Shown here: positions 23,467-33,108 of the stretch, in pieces
How the letters are laid out: each line of letters starts with the position of its first letter
Numbering within the stretch: position 1 is the first letter of the stretch
DNA from: Colwellia maritima
Lineage (GTDB): Bacteria; Pseudomonadota; Gammaproteobacteria; Enterobacterales; Alteromonadaceae
NCBI RefSeq assembly: GCF_022669015.1
Contig: NZ_JAKKSL010000001.1
Location: forward strand, 600,059-664,058
Reading direction: 5' to 3'
DNA: 64,000 bases
Translations under genes and position numbers: made by a program
The notes under the pieces: model-generated
Database searches by the model: none
The model's input: only the letters and a program-made list of their open reading frames with translations
Told to the model about the DNA's origin: nothing

Positions 23467-24747
23467 TGACAGGTTTAGTACTTTTTGGTATCGCGCTAGT
23501 ATTTTTATTCTTCGGTTATTCTGTTGCGTTTACGTTTCTTTGGTGTCTCACTTCTTGTTGGGGTTGCTGTCCTCGGTGTAGATTTATTTGAATTTATGCC
23601 ATATCGCATTATGGCAATTATGGAAAATACCATTCTGATGGCTGTGCCCATGTTTATTTTTATGGGCATTGTTTTGCAAAAAACAGGTTTGGCAGAACGA
23701 TTATTAGAATCGTCAGCTAAACTATTTGGTGGTATAGCGGGTGGTGTTGCTGTGTCTACTATTATTGTTGGTGCTTTGTTAGCTGCATCAACGGGTGTGG
23801 TAGGGGCAAGTGTTGTTGCCATGGGTGTTATTTCTTTACCTGTAATGTTAAAAAATAATTACCATCAACCAACGGCTGCAGGGGTTATTTGTGCCTCGGG
23901 TACGTTAGGACAAATTATCCCACCTTCTATCATCTTAATTATTTTGGGTGATGTTATGGGGGTACCTGTTGGTGACTTATTCCGTGCTGCTATGCTGCCT
24001 GGATTAATGTTAGTCGGCTTTTATACCTTATATATTATAATATTAGGAAAGATTAAGCCTGAATTCATGCCCCCTATTGAGGTTACTGAAAGCAAACGAG
24101 AATTAATGCTACAAGCCTTAAAAGATATTGTGCCCCCGTTAGTGCTAATTCTGATTGTACTTGGCTCAATATTCGCCGGTATAGCTACACCGACTGAATC
24201 ATCAGCCATTGGCGCTGTTGGTGCCATCATACTTTCTATATTTTACGGAAGTTTCACTTTTCCTAAAATGCATGAAGTGTCGAAAGAGACAGTTAAAGTA
24301 ACATCAATGGTTTTTGCTGTGTTAATTGGTGCAACCGCATTTTCAATGGTATTTAGTTATTCTGGTAGCGAATACCTCATTGAAGACTTCTTTATGGATT
24401 TACCTGGTGGGAAATGGACATTTATAGCATTATCGATGTTGGCTATATTAGTATTAGGTTTCTTCATTGATTTTATTGAAATTGCTTTTTTAGTTGTTCC
24501 TATTTTGCTACCTGTTGCTATTGCGTTAGATATTAACTTGGTATGGTTTGCGATTTTAATATCAATGAATTTACAAACCTCCTTCTTAACACCACCTTTC
24601 GGGTTTAGTTTATTCTATTTAAAAGGCGTTGCGCCCAAATGGATGAAAACAACTACGATATATAAAGGCGTTATTCCCTTTATAGCGATGCAAATATTAG
24701 TGTTGTTGTTGGTTGTTCTCTTCCCTGAGTACTTGATTATTGCTTGA
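23467..24747 (+). CDS. dctM: TRAP transporter large permease (DctM; frameshift near 23540)
   Basis: MTGLVLFGIALVFLFFGYSVAF starts at 23467 immediately after dctQ. The frame is rejoined by ORF 23524..24747 (polytopic DctM). Confidence 0.85.
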
Positions 24748-24808
24748 TTTAGGCAAGGTTAATTTAGGGAGGTATATCCTAAATTAACCTTGCTTTGTAT
24801 GAAGAGAA

Positions 24809-25500
24809 TTATAATTTTTCTTGGTGATCATCTGGTAGATATTTATAGCCAGTAATCATGGCAGAAACCAAAGCGGTTTTTTCCCTTCTTTCTGCAATTA
24901 GTACACCCAAAATATGTAATGGAATCAGAAAAATAAGCCCATAAAAGGCATAAACATGCGCGGTAATAAAGGGTTTGCGAATATCGCGCATTGTTTTATA
25001 AGCTGCTTCATCCACATTCACTTTTGAGTAAGGTTTAATGGCATCCACATTCTGCTTATCTGCAGCGATACTTTGGGCAAAATAATTTCCAAAAGGGGGT
25101 AATATATGTCTGTACCCGCAATAACTAATCCAGAAATTGCTTGTGTTAACATCAAAAAGAATAAAGCAAAAACCATTAATTTACCGGCCGGATTATGGCC
25201 TTTATAGGTTGATTGTTTATGCTGCTTGAAATCAACTAACTCCTGTTTGAAACCTTTATTAAAGGGTAAAATATTTTTCCAACGTTCGTGGTCTTTACCT
25301 GTAAAACCGATGACAAATCTAATAAACAAGTTGACAGCAAAGACATATCCTATGATTACATGGATCGTTTTTAATAAAATTTTACCATCAGTGCTAACGC
25401 CAAATGATTTAGCATTTAAAATGATGATCCCCACGAAAAGGAGAAGCATAATTGCGGTTACATTTATCCAGTGAAATAATCGTACTTTAGCACTCCACAC
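24809..25500 (-). CDS. Cytochrome b561 / Ni-Fe-hydrogenase-type b cytochrome family membrane protein (frameshift; ORFs 25018..25500 and 24809..25048)
   Basis: LFHWINV...H at the N-terminus and four TM helices with conserved His, typical of the PF01292 family. Confidence 0.55.
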
Positions 25501-25716
25501 GAAAACTTGTTTACGTTTTCGGCCATTTTAAGCCCCTTTTTTATGACTGATAGTGAAATAGAACAACGCTTTAAAAAATAACATAGCGTATAATGTTAGT
25601 GTACTTGTTTATTTGAGTAGCAGCATTAGACAAACGCAGGGTTTATTGTTTTTAATTCATTTTTATCAGGGTACACTTGTACCATGAGTTGGTAACTTTT
25701 TGATATTTGGTATTTT

Positions 25717-26205
25717 ATGAGAGACAAAATCATCGCGATAATATTACTCGGTATGATGACTTTAAATTTGCTAGATGTACTAACAGATATTTCTTTGGGT
25801 GTTCCTAGTTGGCATATAATATTTGAAAGTTTAGTGATTGTTGGGGCCGGTATAGGTGCATTATTTTTAATAAAAGATATTAGAGCCAGAACAGCTGATA
25901 TTTCAAAACTAAAGCAAGCATTATTGATCTCAGATGATAATTTAAGACATATTTCAGATGAAATGAAAAATGCACGTTCAGAATACAGCACAGTTATTCA
26001 AAATCAATTCAAGCAATGGTCACTTACCCCAAGTGAGCAAGAAGTGGCGATGTTATTGCTTAAAGGCTTGAGTTTTAGAGAAATTAGCAGTGTTAGAAAT
26101 ACTAAAGAAAAAACCGTACGACAACAGGGCTCCATTATCTATAGTAAAGCGAATGTTGAAGGTAGACATGAATTTGCCGCATGGTTTTTAGCGGATTTTA
26201 TGTAG
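25717..26205 (+). CDS. Membrane-anchored LuxR-family HTH transcriptional regulator
   Basis: Two TM helices, then a C-terminal LuxR HTH (LTPSEQEVAMLLLKGLSFREIS...). Confidence 0.6.
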   Translation: MRDKIIAIILLGMMTLNLLDVLTDISLGVPSWHIIFESLVIVGAGIGALFLIKDIRARTADISKLKQALLISDDNLRHISDEMKNARSEYSTVIQNQFKQWSLTPSEQEVAMLLLKGLSFREISSVRNTKEKTVRQQGSIIYSKANVEGRHEFAAWFLADFM

Positions 26206-26242
26206 CTATTTTTTAATTGAAACAGCTACATAAAAATAGTGC

Positions 26243-27226
26243 TTATTGATTAATTTCTACAACGACACGACCACGTACTTTACCCGATATTAAGTCGTCG
26301 GCAACGTTAACCACCTCACTTAATTTAATGTCGCTAGAAATATCTTCTAATACGCTAGGGTCAAGAATAAGGGCAAGGCGTTTCCATGCTTCTATTCTAT
26401 CTGCTAGTGGGCGCATTACACTGTCAATACCTGCTAATGTGACACCACGTAAAATAAAAGGGGCTACTGTCGCAGGGAAGTCCATACCTTGCGCTAAACC
26501 ACATGCTGCGACCACGCCGCCGTATTGTGTGCTAGCGCAGACATTAGCTAGTGTATGGCTACCGACCGAATCTATTGCTCCGGCCCAACGTTCTTTGCCT
26601 AATGGTCTACCTGGCTCTGATAATGTGTTACGATCGATTACTTCAGTTGCCCCTAGTTTTTTTAGATAGTCAGCTTCATCAAGCCTACCAGTAGAAGCAA
26701 CAACCTTGTAGCCTAATTTTGCTAAGATAGCGATTGAAAAGCTCCCCACGCCACCATTAGCACCAGTAACCAAAATATCACCTTTGTCTGGCGTAATTCC
26801 ATTTTTTTCTAGGGCAATAACGCATAACATGGCTGTGTAACAAGCAGTACCGATAGCCATAGCTTGACGTGGTGAAAAGGCTTTTGGCAGTGGAATTAAC
26901 CATTCACTTTTTAAACGCGCTTTTTGAGCCAAACCGCCGCAGTGTGTTTCACCTACACCGAAACCATTAAGTAAAACACTATCACCTACCTTGAACTTAT
27001 CGCAATCGCTGTGTTCAACTGTACCCACGAGATCAATCCCTGGAATCATAGGGAAAGAACGCACAACAGGTCCTTTGCCAGTAATTGCTAGTGCATCTTT
27101 ATAATTAAGTGTGCTATGAGAAACATTAACGGTAACATCACCTTCTGGCAATATGCTTTCATTAATATTTGTGACTGTTGATCGATAACCTTGGTCATCT
27201 TTTTCGATTAGTATACCTTGGAACAT
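26243..27226 (-). CDS. MDR-family NADPH:quinone / acrylyl-CoA reductase (YhdH/AcuI-like)
   Basis: 327 aa, colinear with E. coli YhdH. Confidence 0.8.
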   Translation of the reverse strand: MFQGILIEKDDQGYRSTVTNINESILPEGDVTVNVSHSTLNYKDALAITGKGPVVRSFPMIPGIDLVGTVEHSDCDKFKVGDSVLLNGFGVGETHCGGLAQKARLKSEWLIPLPKAFSPRQAMAIGTACYTAMLCVIALEKNGITPDKGDILVTGANGGVGSFSIAILAKLGYKVVASTGRLDEADYLKKLGATEVIDRNTLSEPGRPLGKERWAGAIDSVGSHTLANVCASTQYGGVVAACGLAQGMDFPATVAPFILRGVTLAGIDSVMRPLADRIEAWKRLALILDPSVLEDISSDIKLSEVVNVADDLISGKVRGRVVVEINQ

Positions 27227-27270
27227 TATACTCTCTAATTTAGACTGATCGTCTATAAATGGTGGAAATT

Positions 27271-27903
27271 TTATTTAGGCAATGTCGTTACAAAGTGAGT
27301 AAAGAAATTGTCTAAAGGTTTGTTGTCTTGTTGTAATTTTGCACGACTTACCGCGCCTTCCCAAACAACCCAAAAAATCTCAGCTAATAGATCGCAATCG
27401 GCAGTGTTTGAAATCTCATTCTGCTTTTGTGCTGCTTTAAGGCAATTAGCTAAACGGTGTTGCCAATTATGAAATATATCGATTAATTGTTGTCTAAAAC
27501 TTTCGGGCAATAAATCGATTTCTTGCCCTAGATTTCCCACTAAACAACCACGTTTAAATTGATGACGAGCCATACCTATTTTGGCGCCTTCCACAAAATT
27601 ATGTAGACGGGTTAGTGGCGTATAGGATTCATCTAATAAACAATTATCTAATTTACGGGCAAAATAATTGGCATAACTTTCAATAACCGCCTGACCAAAG
27701 GCTTCTTTACTTGCAAAGTAATGATAAAAAGAGCCCTTTGGCACCTTAACCTTTTTTAAAATCTGATCAATACCTGATGAAGCAAAGCCGCATTCAGTAA
27801 GTTGTTCAAGACCACTGCGAATTAATTCGGCTTTAGTATCGTGATTTTCACGTATTACTTTTGGTGGTCTACCACGGCGTGGTTTTGATATAGGTAAATT
27901 CAT
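27271..27903 (-). CDS. TetR family regulator
   Basis: HTH RRGRPPK...AELIRSGLEQLTECGFASSGIDQILKKVKVPKGSFYHYF. Confidence 0.75.
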   Translation of the reverse strand: MNLPISKPRRGRPPKVIRENHDTKAELIRSGLEQLTECGFASSGIDQILKKVKVPKGSFYHYFASKEAFGQAVIESYANYFARKLDNCLLDESYTPLTRLHNFVEGAKIGMARHQFKRGCLVGNLGQEIDLLPESFRQQLIDIFHNWQHRLANCLKAAQKQNEISNTADCDLLAEIFWVVWEGAVSRAKLQQDNKPLDNFFTHFVTTLPK

Positions 27904-28144
27904 TTTTATATAATAGACCGATCGTCTAATTAAATGCAAGTTATTTTTAAACGCTCACATATTTGGAGGAGATCGGTTGCTTTATTCTTGCTTCATTAGT
28001 TTTGTGTACCGAGTTTATTTTATTGACTTTTCAAACAAATAGCGCTCCAATATTATTAACAACTATTTTATTCGTCGGGTTGAAAAACAGTGCAAAAGGC
28101 GTATTAATAGACCGGATTAATATTTACCGGCTTCAAGGAATAAC

Positions 28145-29623
28145 ATGCCTAATTCATGGATACACTTCACGCAGTCTTTATACGAATGGTTAGCTTTTTT
28201 GTTTATTTGGCTAATCGCCCTTGTCGTTGTGGTCATTGTCGCAATGTATATCATCGATAAATTTCAAACTAAACATGCCATTAGACGGAACTACCCTGTT
28301 GTGGGGCGTTTTAGGTATTTTTTTGAACATTTAGGTGGTTTTTTTAGACAATATTTCTTTTCAATGGACAGAGAAGAATTACCTTTTAATCGTGCTCAGC
28401 GCACTTGGATCTATAAAGCAGCAAAAAATATTAATAGCACCATTGCCTTTGGTTCGAGTAGAGATATAAAAAAACTCGGTTATATTTCGTTTGTTAATTG
28501 CCCGTTTCCCAGTTTAGATAAAAATGTTGAAGTTCCAAAAACAATCACTGTTGGTAGCCGATGTGAGTCACCTTGGAGTACTTCAGCTTTTTTTGGAATC
28601 TCGGCTATGAGTTATGGCGCAATCTCTAAACCTGCGGTTCAAGCACTTTCATATGGTGCAGCAAAAGCAGGAATATGGTTAAACACTGGGGAAGGCGGAT
28701 TATCCCCTTATCACTTGCAAGGCAATGCCGATATTATTTTTCAAATAGGCACCGCAAATTATGGCGTTAGAGATAGCGACGGTAATTTAGATGATGAAAA
28801 ATTATTAAAAATAGCCGCCTATTCACAGGTAAAATTATTTGAATTAAAATTATCTCAAGGTGCTAAACCGGGTAAAGGGGGTATTTTACCTGGCAGCAAA
28901 GTGAGTAAAGAGATTGCTGAAATACGAGGGATTCCTGAAGGGCATGATTCTATAAGTCCTAACCGACGAGTTGATGTTCATGACAATGATTCCTTGTTAG
29001 AAAAAATTCATCATATTCGCACGGTTACTGGTAAACCCGTGGGATTTAAAGCTGTTTTTGGTTCTCCTGATTGGATAGAAGAATTGTGTCTTTTAATCAA
29101 AAGTAAGGGGGATGAGTTTGCACCTGATTTTATCACATTAGACAGTTGCGACGGTGGTTCAGGTGCTGCACCAATGACATTAATGGATGATGTAGGAATG
29201 AGCATTAAAGAATCATTACCCGTGTTAGTTGATACCTTGATTAAGCACGGTTTAAAAGATCAAATAAAGGTTTTCGCTTCTGGTAAATTAGTTAATCCCG
29301 CAGATGTTGCTTGGGCGCTTTGTGTTGGGGCCGATTTTTGTAATTCAGCGAGAGGCTTTATGTTTTCATTAGGTTGTATTCAAGCATTACAATGCCATCA
29401 AAATACCTGTCCCACAGGTGTTACAACACACAACAAAAAACTACAAAGAGGTCTTGTTGCAAAAGATAAGTCTGAACGGGTGGCGCATTATGCTCATAAT
29501 ATGATGCATGCTGTTGGCATGATTGCTCATTCTTGTGGTGTTGATGATCCAAGAGAGCTGAATAAAAATCATGCCAGAATTGTTATTGAAAATGGTAAAT
29601 CAATATCAATTAAAGACTATTGA
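28145..29623 (+). CDS. Membrane-anchored FMN-binding glutamate-synthase-family protein (GltS FMN-domain paralog)
   Basis: N-terminal TM. GEGG...KLSQGAKPGKGGILPG and the C-terminal TIM-barrel motifs are like the GltB FMN domain. Confidence 0.75.
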   Translation: MPNSWIHFTQSLYEWLAFLFIWLIALVVVVIVAMYIIDKFQTKHAIRRNYPVVGRFRYFFEHLGGFFRQYFFSMDREELPFNRAQRTWIYKAAKNINSTIAFGSSRDIKKLGYISFVNCPFPSLDKNVEVPKTITVGSRCESPWSTSAFFGISAMSYGAISKPAVQALSYGAAKAGIWLNTGEGGLSPYHLQGNADIIFQIGTANYGVRDSDGNLDDEKLLKIAAYSQVKLFELKLSQGAKPGKGGILPGSKVSKEIAEIRGIPEGHDSISPNRRVDVHDNDSLLEKIHHIRTVTGKPVGFKAVFGSPDWIEELCLLIKSKGDEFAPDFITLDSCDGGSGAAPMTLMDDVGMSIKESLPVLVDTLIKHGLKDQIKVFASGKLVNPADVAWALCVGADFCNSARGFMFSLGCIQALQCHQNTCPTGVTTHNKKLQRGLVAKDKSERVAHYAHNMMHAVGMIAHSCGVDDPRELNKNHARIVIENGKSISIKDY

Positions 29624-29624
29624 T

Positions 29625-30040
29625 CAGGCAGTTTTTCGTCTAAGGTTTTCAAAGAACGGAGGAATAGGCCTAATCCTCCCATAGCCAAAATTAAAATAAC
29701 GATTAAATCAAACGAGGTCATGGATCTAAATGAGAAACGAATTGAAGAAATCACACCAAAAATTAGGCCGGTAATAGAACCAATTGATAATATCCGGACC
29801 TAGGATGCTTCTACCGTTATAAAAAATCAGACCCACACCAAACATAAAAGGTATCATCACCATACCGGCGGTTATATTATACTGACCACCCATTGCCGAA
29901 AATCCGTATAGGCGCATGCCCATACCAAAGCTTGAGCTAACTTGAATGGCATTGAGTAACATATAAAATCCACCACACATCATGATCAGGCCAATAAAAA
30001 ACTGCCCTAATCCGCCTGATGTTCCACCTGCTCCCTTCAT
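29625..30040 (-). CDS. Small hypothetical membrane protein (frameshift near 29780)
   Basis: Gly-rich hydrophobic ORF. The reading frame continues to about 29625 in another frame. Confidence 0.3.
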
Positions 30041-30312
30041 ATTGATTAAATCCTTAAATATTGATTAAAAGCGTTACTATTTGTAAGTATCATATAATTA
30101 TTAGTTTATAAATGTCACTAGAAAACGCTATGAAATTATGATGCTAGCTAAAATTTAATATAATGCTTTCTATTATTGATTATGCTAATTTGCCTGTCAT
30201 ATTAGTTACTATACGCCTTTGACATATTATGTCAAAGGCGTATAGTAATAACTTAGTCAAAAGTATAATGATTAAAATAGTTTAGATTAACTATTTGTTT
30301 TAAGGACGAAAT

Positions 30313-30891
30313 ATGGAACAACTGCTAGAAGTCGCTTCACAATTCCCTACGGTAATTTATTCTACATTGCTCGGCATCATCATTATTTATTGGTTGATTG
30401 GTATGCTTGGTTTGGTTGATTTAGATTTTGCAGGTGATATCGATATTGATGTTGACAGTGATGTTGATATGTCTGTTGGTGGACTTACAGGGTTAATGCT
30501 TACGTTTGGATTTGCGGGTATCCCCTTTAGCTTGGTGATCAGCATTATTATATTAATCTGCCGGTTAATAAGCGTATATTTGCAATTTTATTTATTAGCG
30601 TGGTTACCTGACGGTTGGTTATTTTATCTTGCCGGTACTGTCAGTAGTATTCTTGTGTTTATACTGTCTTTACCACTTACCGCCATTGCAGTACATCCAT
30701 TAAAAGGCTTGTTTAAAAGTGTCGAAACAACACTAAGTAATAACTTAGTCGGTAAAGAGGCAACTATTGCTACAGGGACGGTAAGTGAAACCTTTGGTCA
30801 AGCGCGTTTGTTTAATGATGGAGCCGAAATTTTACTGGATGTGCGCTGTGCTCCGGAACACATTTTAAAAAAGGTGATAGAGTTTTGGTAA
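30313..30891 (+). CDS. NfeD-family membrane protein with C-terminal OB-fold (YqiJ-like)
   Basis: Acidic DIDIDVDSDVD stretch, three TM helices and a C-terminal beta-rich domain. It is always paired with SPFH proteins. Confidence 0.7.
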   Translation: MEQLLEVASQFPTVIYSTLLGIIIIYWLIGMLGLVDLDFAGDIDIDVDSDVDMSVGGLTGLMLTFGFAGIPFSLVISIIILICRLISVYLQFYLLAWLPDGWLFYLAGTVSSILVFILSLPLTAIAVHPLKGLFKSVETTLSNNLVGKEATIATGTVSETFGQARLFNDGAEILLDVRCAPEHILKKVIEFW

Positions 30892-31015
30892 TAGAGTATC
30901 TTCGAGAAAAACATACTTATTTTGTTGCACCATACCCACTTTAACTACTGATTTATAAAGAATAATTTTTTGGTCACTTTGGCGTGGCTGCTGTTTTACA
31001 TAAGAGGAAAAAAAC

Positions 31016-32986
31016 ATGGTAATGGAACCACTTTATTTAGCTATAGGAATTGGCGTACTGTTCGTCTTTTCACTTTTAATTATGTTCGCTAAGTTTTACA
31101 ACAAAGTAGAGCAAGGCCAAGCGCTAATCATTAATAAACTTAGAGCTGAACCAGAAATCAGTACAACAGGCGGAATGGTTATTCCAATAATCCATAAAAA
31201 AGAAGTTATGGATATTTCTACTAAACGCATGATGTTAGAGCGTAAAGGCCGTTCAGGACTTATCTGCCAAGACAATATTCGAGCCGATATTATTATCACC
31301 TTTTATATTCGCGTGAACGAAACTAAAGAAGACATTTTACGTGTTGCTAAGCAAGTGGGTTGTGAACGTTCGTCATTCCCAGAAACATTACAAGAGCTTT
31401 TTGAAGCCAAATTTTCAGAAGCACTTAAAACAGTCGGCAAGCAGTTAAATTTTACTGAACTATTCACACAACGAGACAGATTTAGAGACAAAATTAAAGA
31501 AGTGATAGGTCAAGATCTTTCTGGCTACGTGCTTGAAGATGTTGCGATTGATTTTCTAGAACAAACATCAATAAATGATCTCGATCCAAGTAATATTATG
31601 GATTCAGAAGGGATCAGAAGAATCACTGAATTAACAACGCAACAAAGCGTTGAAACCAATGATTTAAAACGACAAGAAGAAATCCGTATTAAACGTCAAA
31701 ACATAGATGCAGAAGAAAAAACCTTAGAACTTGAACGCCAATTAGCTGATGCCAAAGCGAAACAAGAGCGAGAAATTGCTTCAGTGCAAGCCCGTGAAGA
31801 AGCAGAAACGGCAAAAATTGTTGAAGAAGAGCGCTGTAAATCTGAGCAAGCTAGAATAGCAACCGAGCAAGTAGTTGCGGTAGCCGAAGAAAACAAACAG
31901 CGTGAAGCTGATATCGCATGTCAAAACCGTTTACGTGCCGTTGCCATTGAAGAAGAGAAAGTGATTCGTGCACGCCAAGTGGAAGCCATTGATCGTGAGA
32001 AAGAAGTAGAAACCTTACGTATCGATAAAGAAAAAGCGCTTGAAGTAGAACGCAAAAATATTGCTGAAGTACAACGAGAACGTATTATCGTTGAAAAAGG
32101 AGTGGCAGAAGAGGAAGAACGAATTAAAGACTTACGTGTTGTGTCTGAAGCTAATCGTCAAAAAGACGAACAGGTTATCAAGGCTAAAGGTGAAGCTGAA
32201 GAATTGCTTGTTAAAGACATTGAATCCGCGAAAGCACAAGAACAAGCGGCAGAACATACAGCCAGAAAAATGCAAACTATTGCCGAAGCAGAATTAAAAG
32301 CGGCGAGTAAGCAATCAGAGTCTAAGAAAATTTTGGCTGAAGGTAATCAAGCCGCAGCAGCATCTCAAGGATTAGCAGAAGCACAAATTACCTTAGCGCA
32401 AGCAGATGCACATGAAAGACAAGGTGAAGCCGAAGCCAAAGCACTTGAACTTAAATTGACAGCTGAGGCAAAAGGTATTCAAGAAAAAGCGTTGGCGGAA
32501 GCAACTGGCTTAAGAGAGAAGCAAGAAGTATTAAATGCCATGTCTGAGCAAGCCCGTGAATTCGAAACATTTGGCCTGCGTTTAAATCAAGAGCGTGAAT
32601 TAACACTAGCCAAATTAAATAACAGTGTTGATTTAGCTGAGAAACAAGCAGATGTATTAGCAACGGCCTTAAGTGAAGCCAATATCAACATCATGGGTGG
32701 AGATGGAGAATTCTTACATCAATTTATGAAGTCAATCACTGTGGGTAAGTCACTTGACGGATTAGTAAATGAAAGTGAGACGGTAAAAGCTTTATTTAAA
32801 GAACACTTAAATGGTGAGCGCAATATTATGGACGATCTCCCTGGTGTTATGTCTGGCGCTTCAGTAGCCACAGAAACAATGAAAAACTTCAATATGGCTA
32901 AACTACTGTCAACCTTGAATGAGGCAGATGACACACAAAAAGGTGCACTGGCGAGTTTATTAAATTTGGGTAATAAAAAAACCTAA
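31016..32986 (+). CDS. Flotillin-like SPFH/band-7 protein (YqiK-like) with a long EA-rich coiled coil
   Basis: N-terminal TM and SPFH domain (IINKLRAEPEI...), then about 350 aa of E/A/K-rich heptad repeats. Confidence 0.8.
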   Translation: MVMEPLYLAIGIGVLFVFSLLIMFAKFYNKVEQGQALIINKLRAEPEISTTGGMVIPIIHKKEVMDISTKRMMLERKGRSGLICQDNIRADIIITFYIRVNETKEDILRVAKQVGCERSSFPETLQELFEAKFSEALKTVGKQLNFTELFTQRDRFRDKIKEVIGQDLSGYVLEDVAIDFLEQTSINDLDPSNIMDSEGIRRITELTTQQSVETNDLKRQEEIRIKRQNIDAEEKTLELERQLADAKAKQEREIASVQAREEAETAKIVEEERCKSEQARIATEQVVAVAEENKQREADIACQNRLRAVAIEEEKVIRARQVEAIDREKEVETLRIDKEKALEVERKNIAEVQRERIIVEKGVAEEEERIKDLRVVSEANRQKDEQVIKAKGEAEELLVKDIESAKAQEQAAEHTARKMQTIAEAELKAASKQSESKKILAEGNQAAAASQGLAEAQITLAQADAHERQGEAEAKALELKLTAEAKGIQEKALAEATGLREKQEVLNAMSEQAREFETFGLRLNQERELTLAKLNNSVDLAEKQADVLATALSEANINIMGGDGEFLHQFMKSITVGKSLDGLVNESETVKALFKEHLNGERNIMDDLPGVMSGASVATETMKNFNMAKLLSTLNEADDTQKGALASLLNLGNKKT

Positions 32987-32996
32987 GACGTGCATA

Positions 32997-33035
32997 ACCA
33001 ACACTGACTCAGTAATAACTAAGTCAGTGTTGGTT
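32997..33035 (+). promoter_or_regulatory. Strong 15-bp-stem hairpin between the flotillin gene and the giant ORF (attenuator/terminator without a T-tract)
   Basis: AACCAACACTGACTCAGT-aataact-AAGTCAGTGTTGGTT. Confidence 0.4.
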
Positions 33036-33108
33036 AAATAACGAAGCCAAGAATATTAAAAGTAGTTAATACGTTGCTTATCCTCGGCGAAAGCAACGTA
33101 ACAGCATC

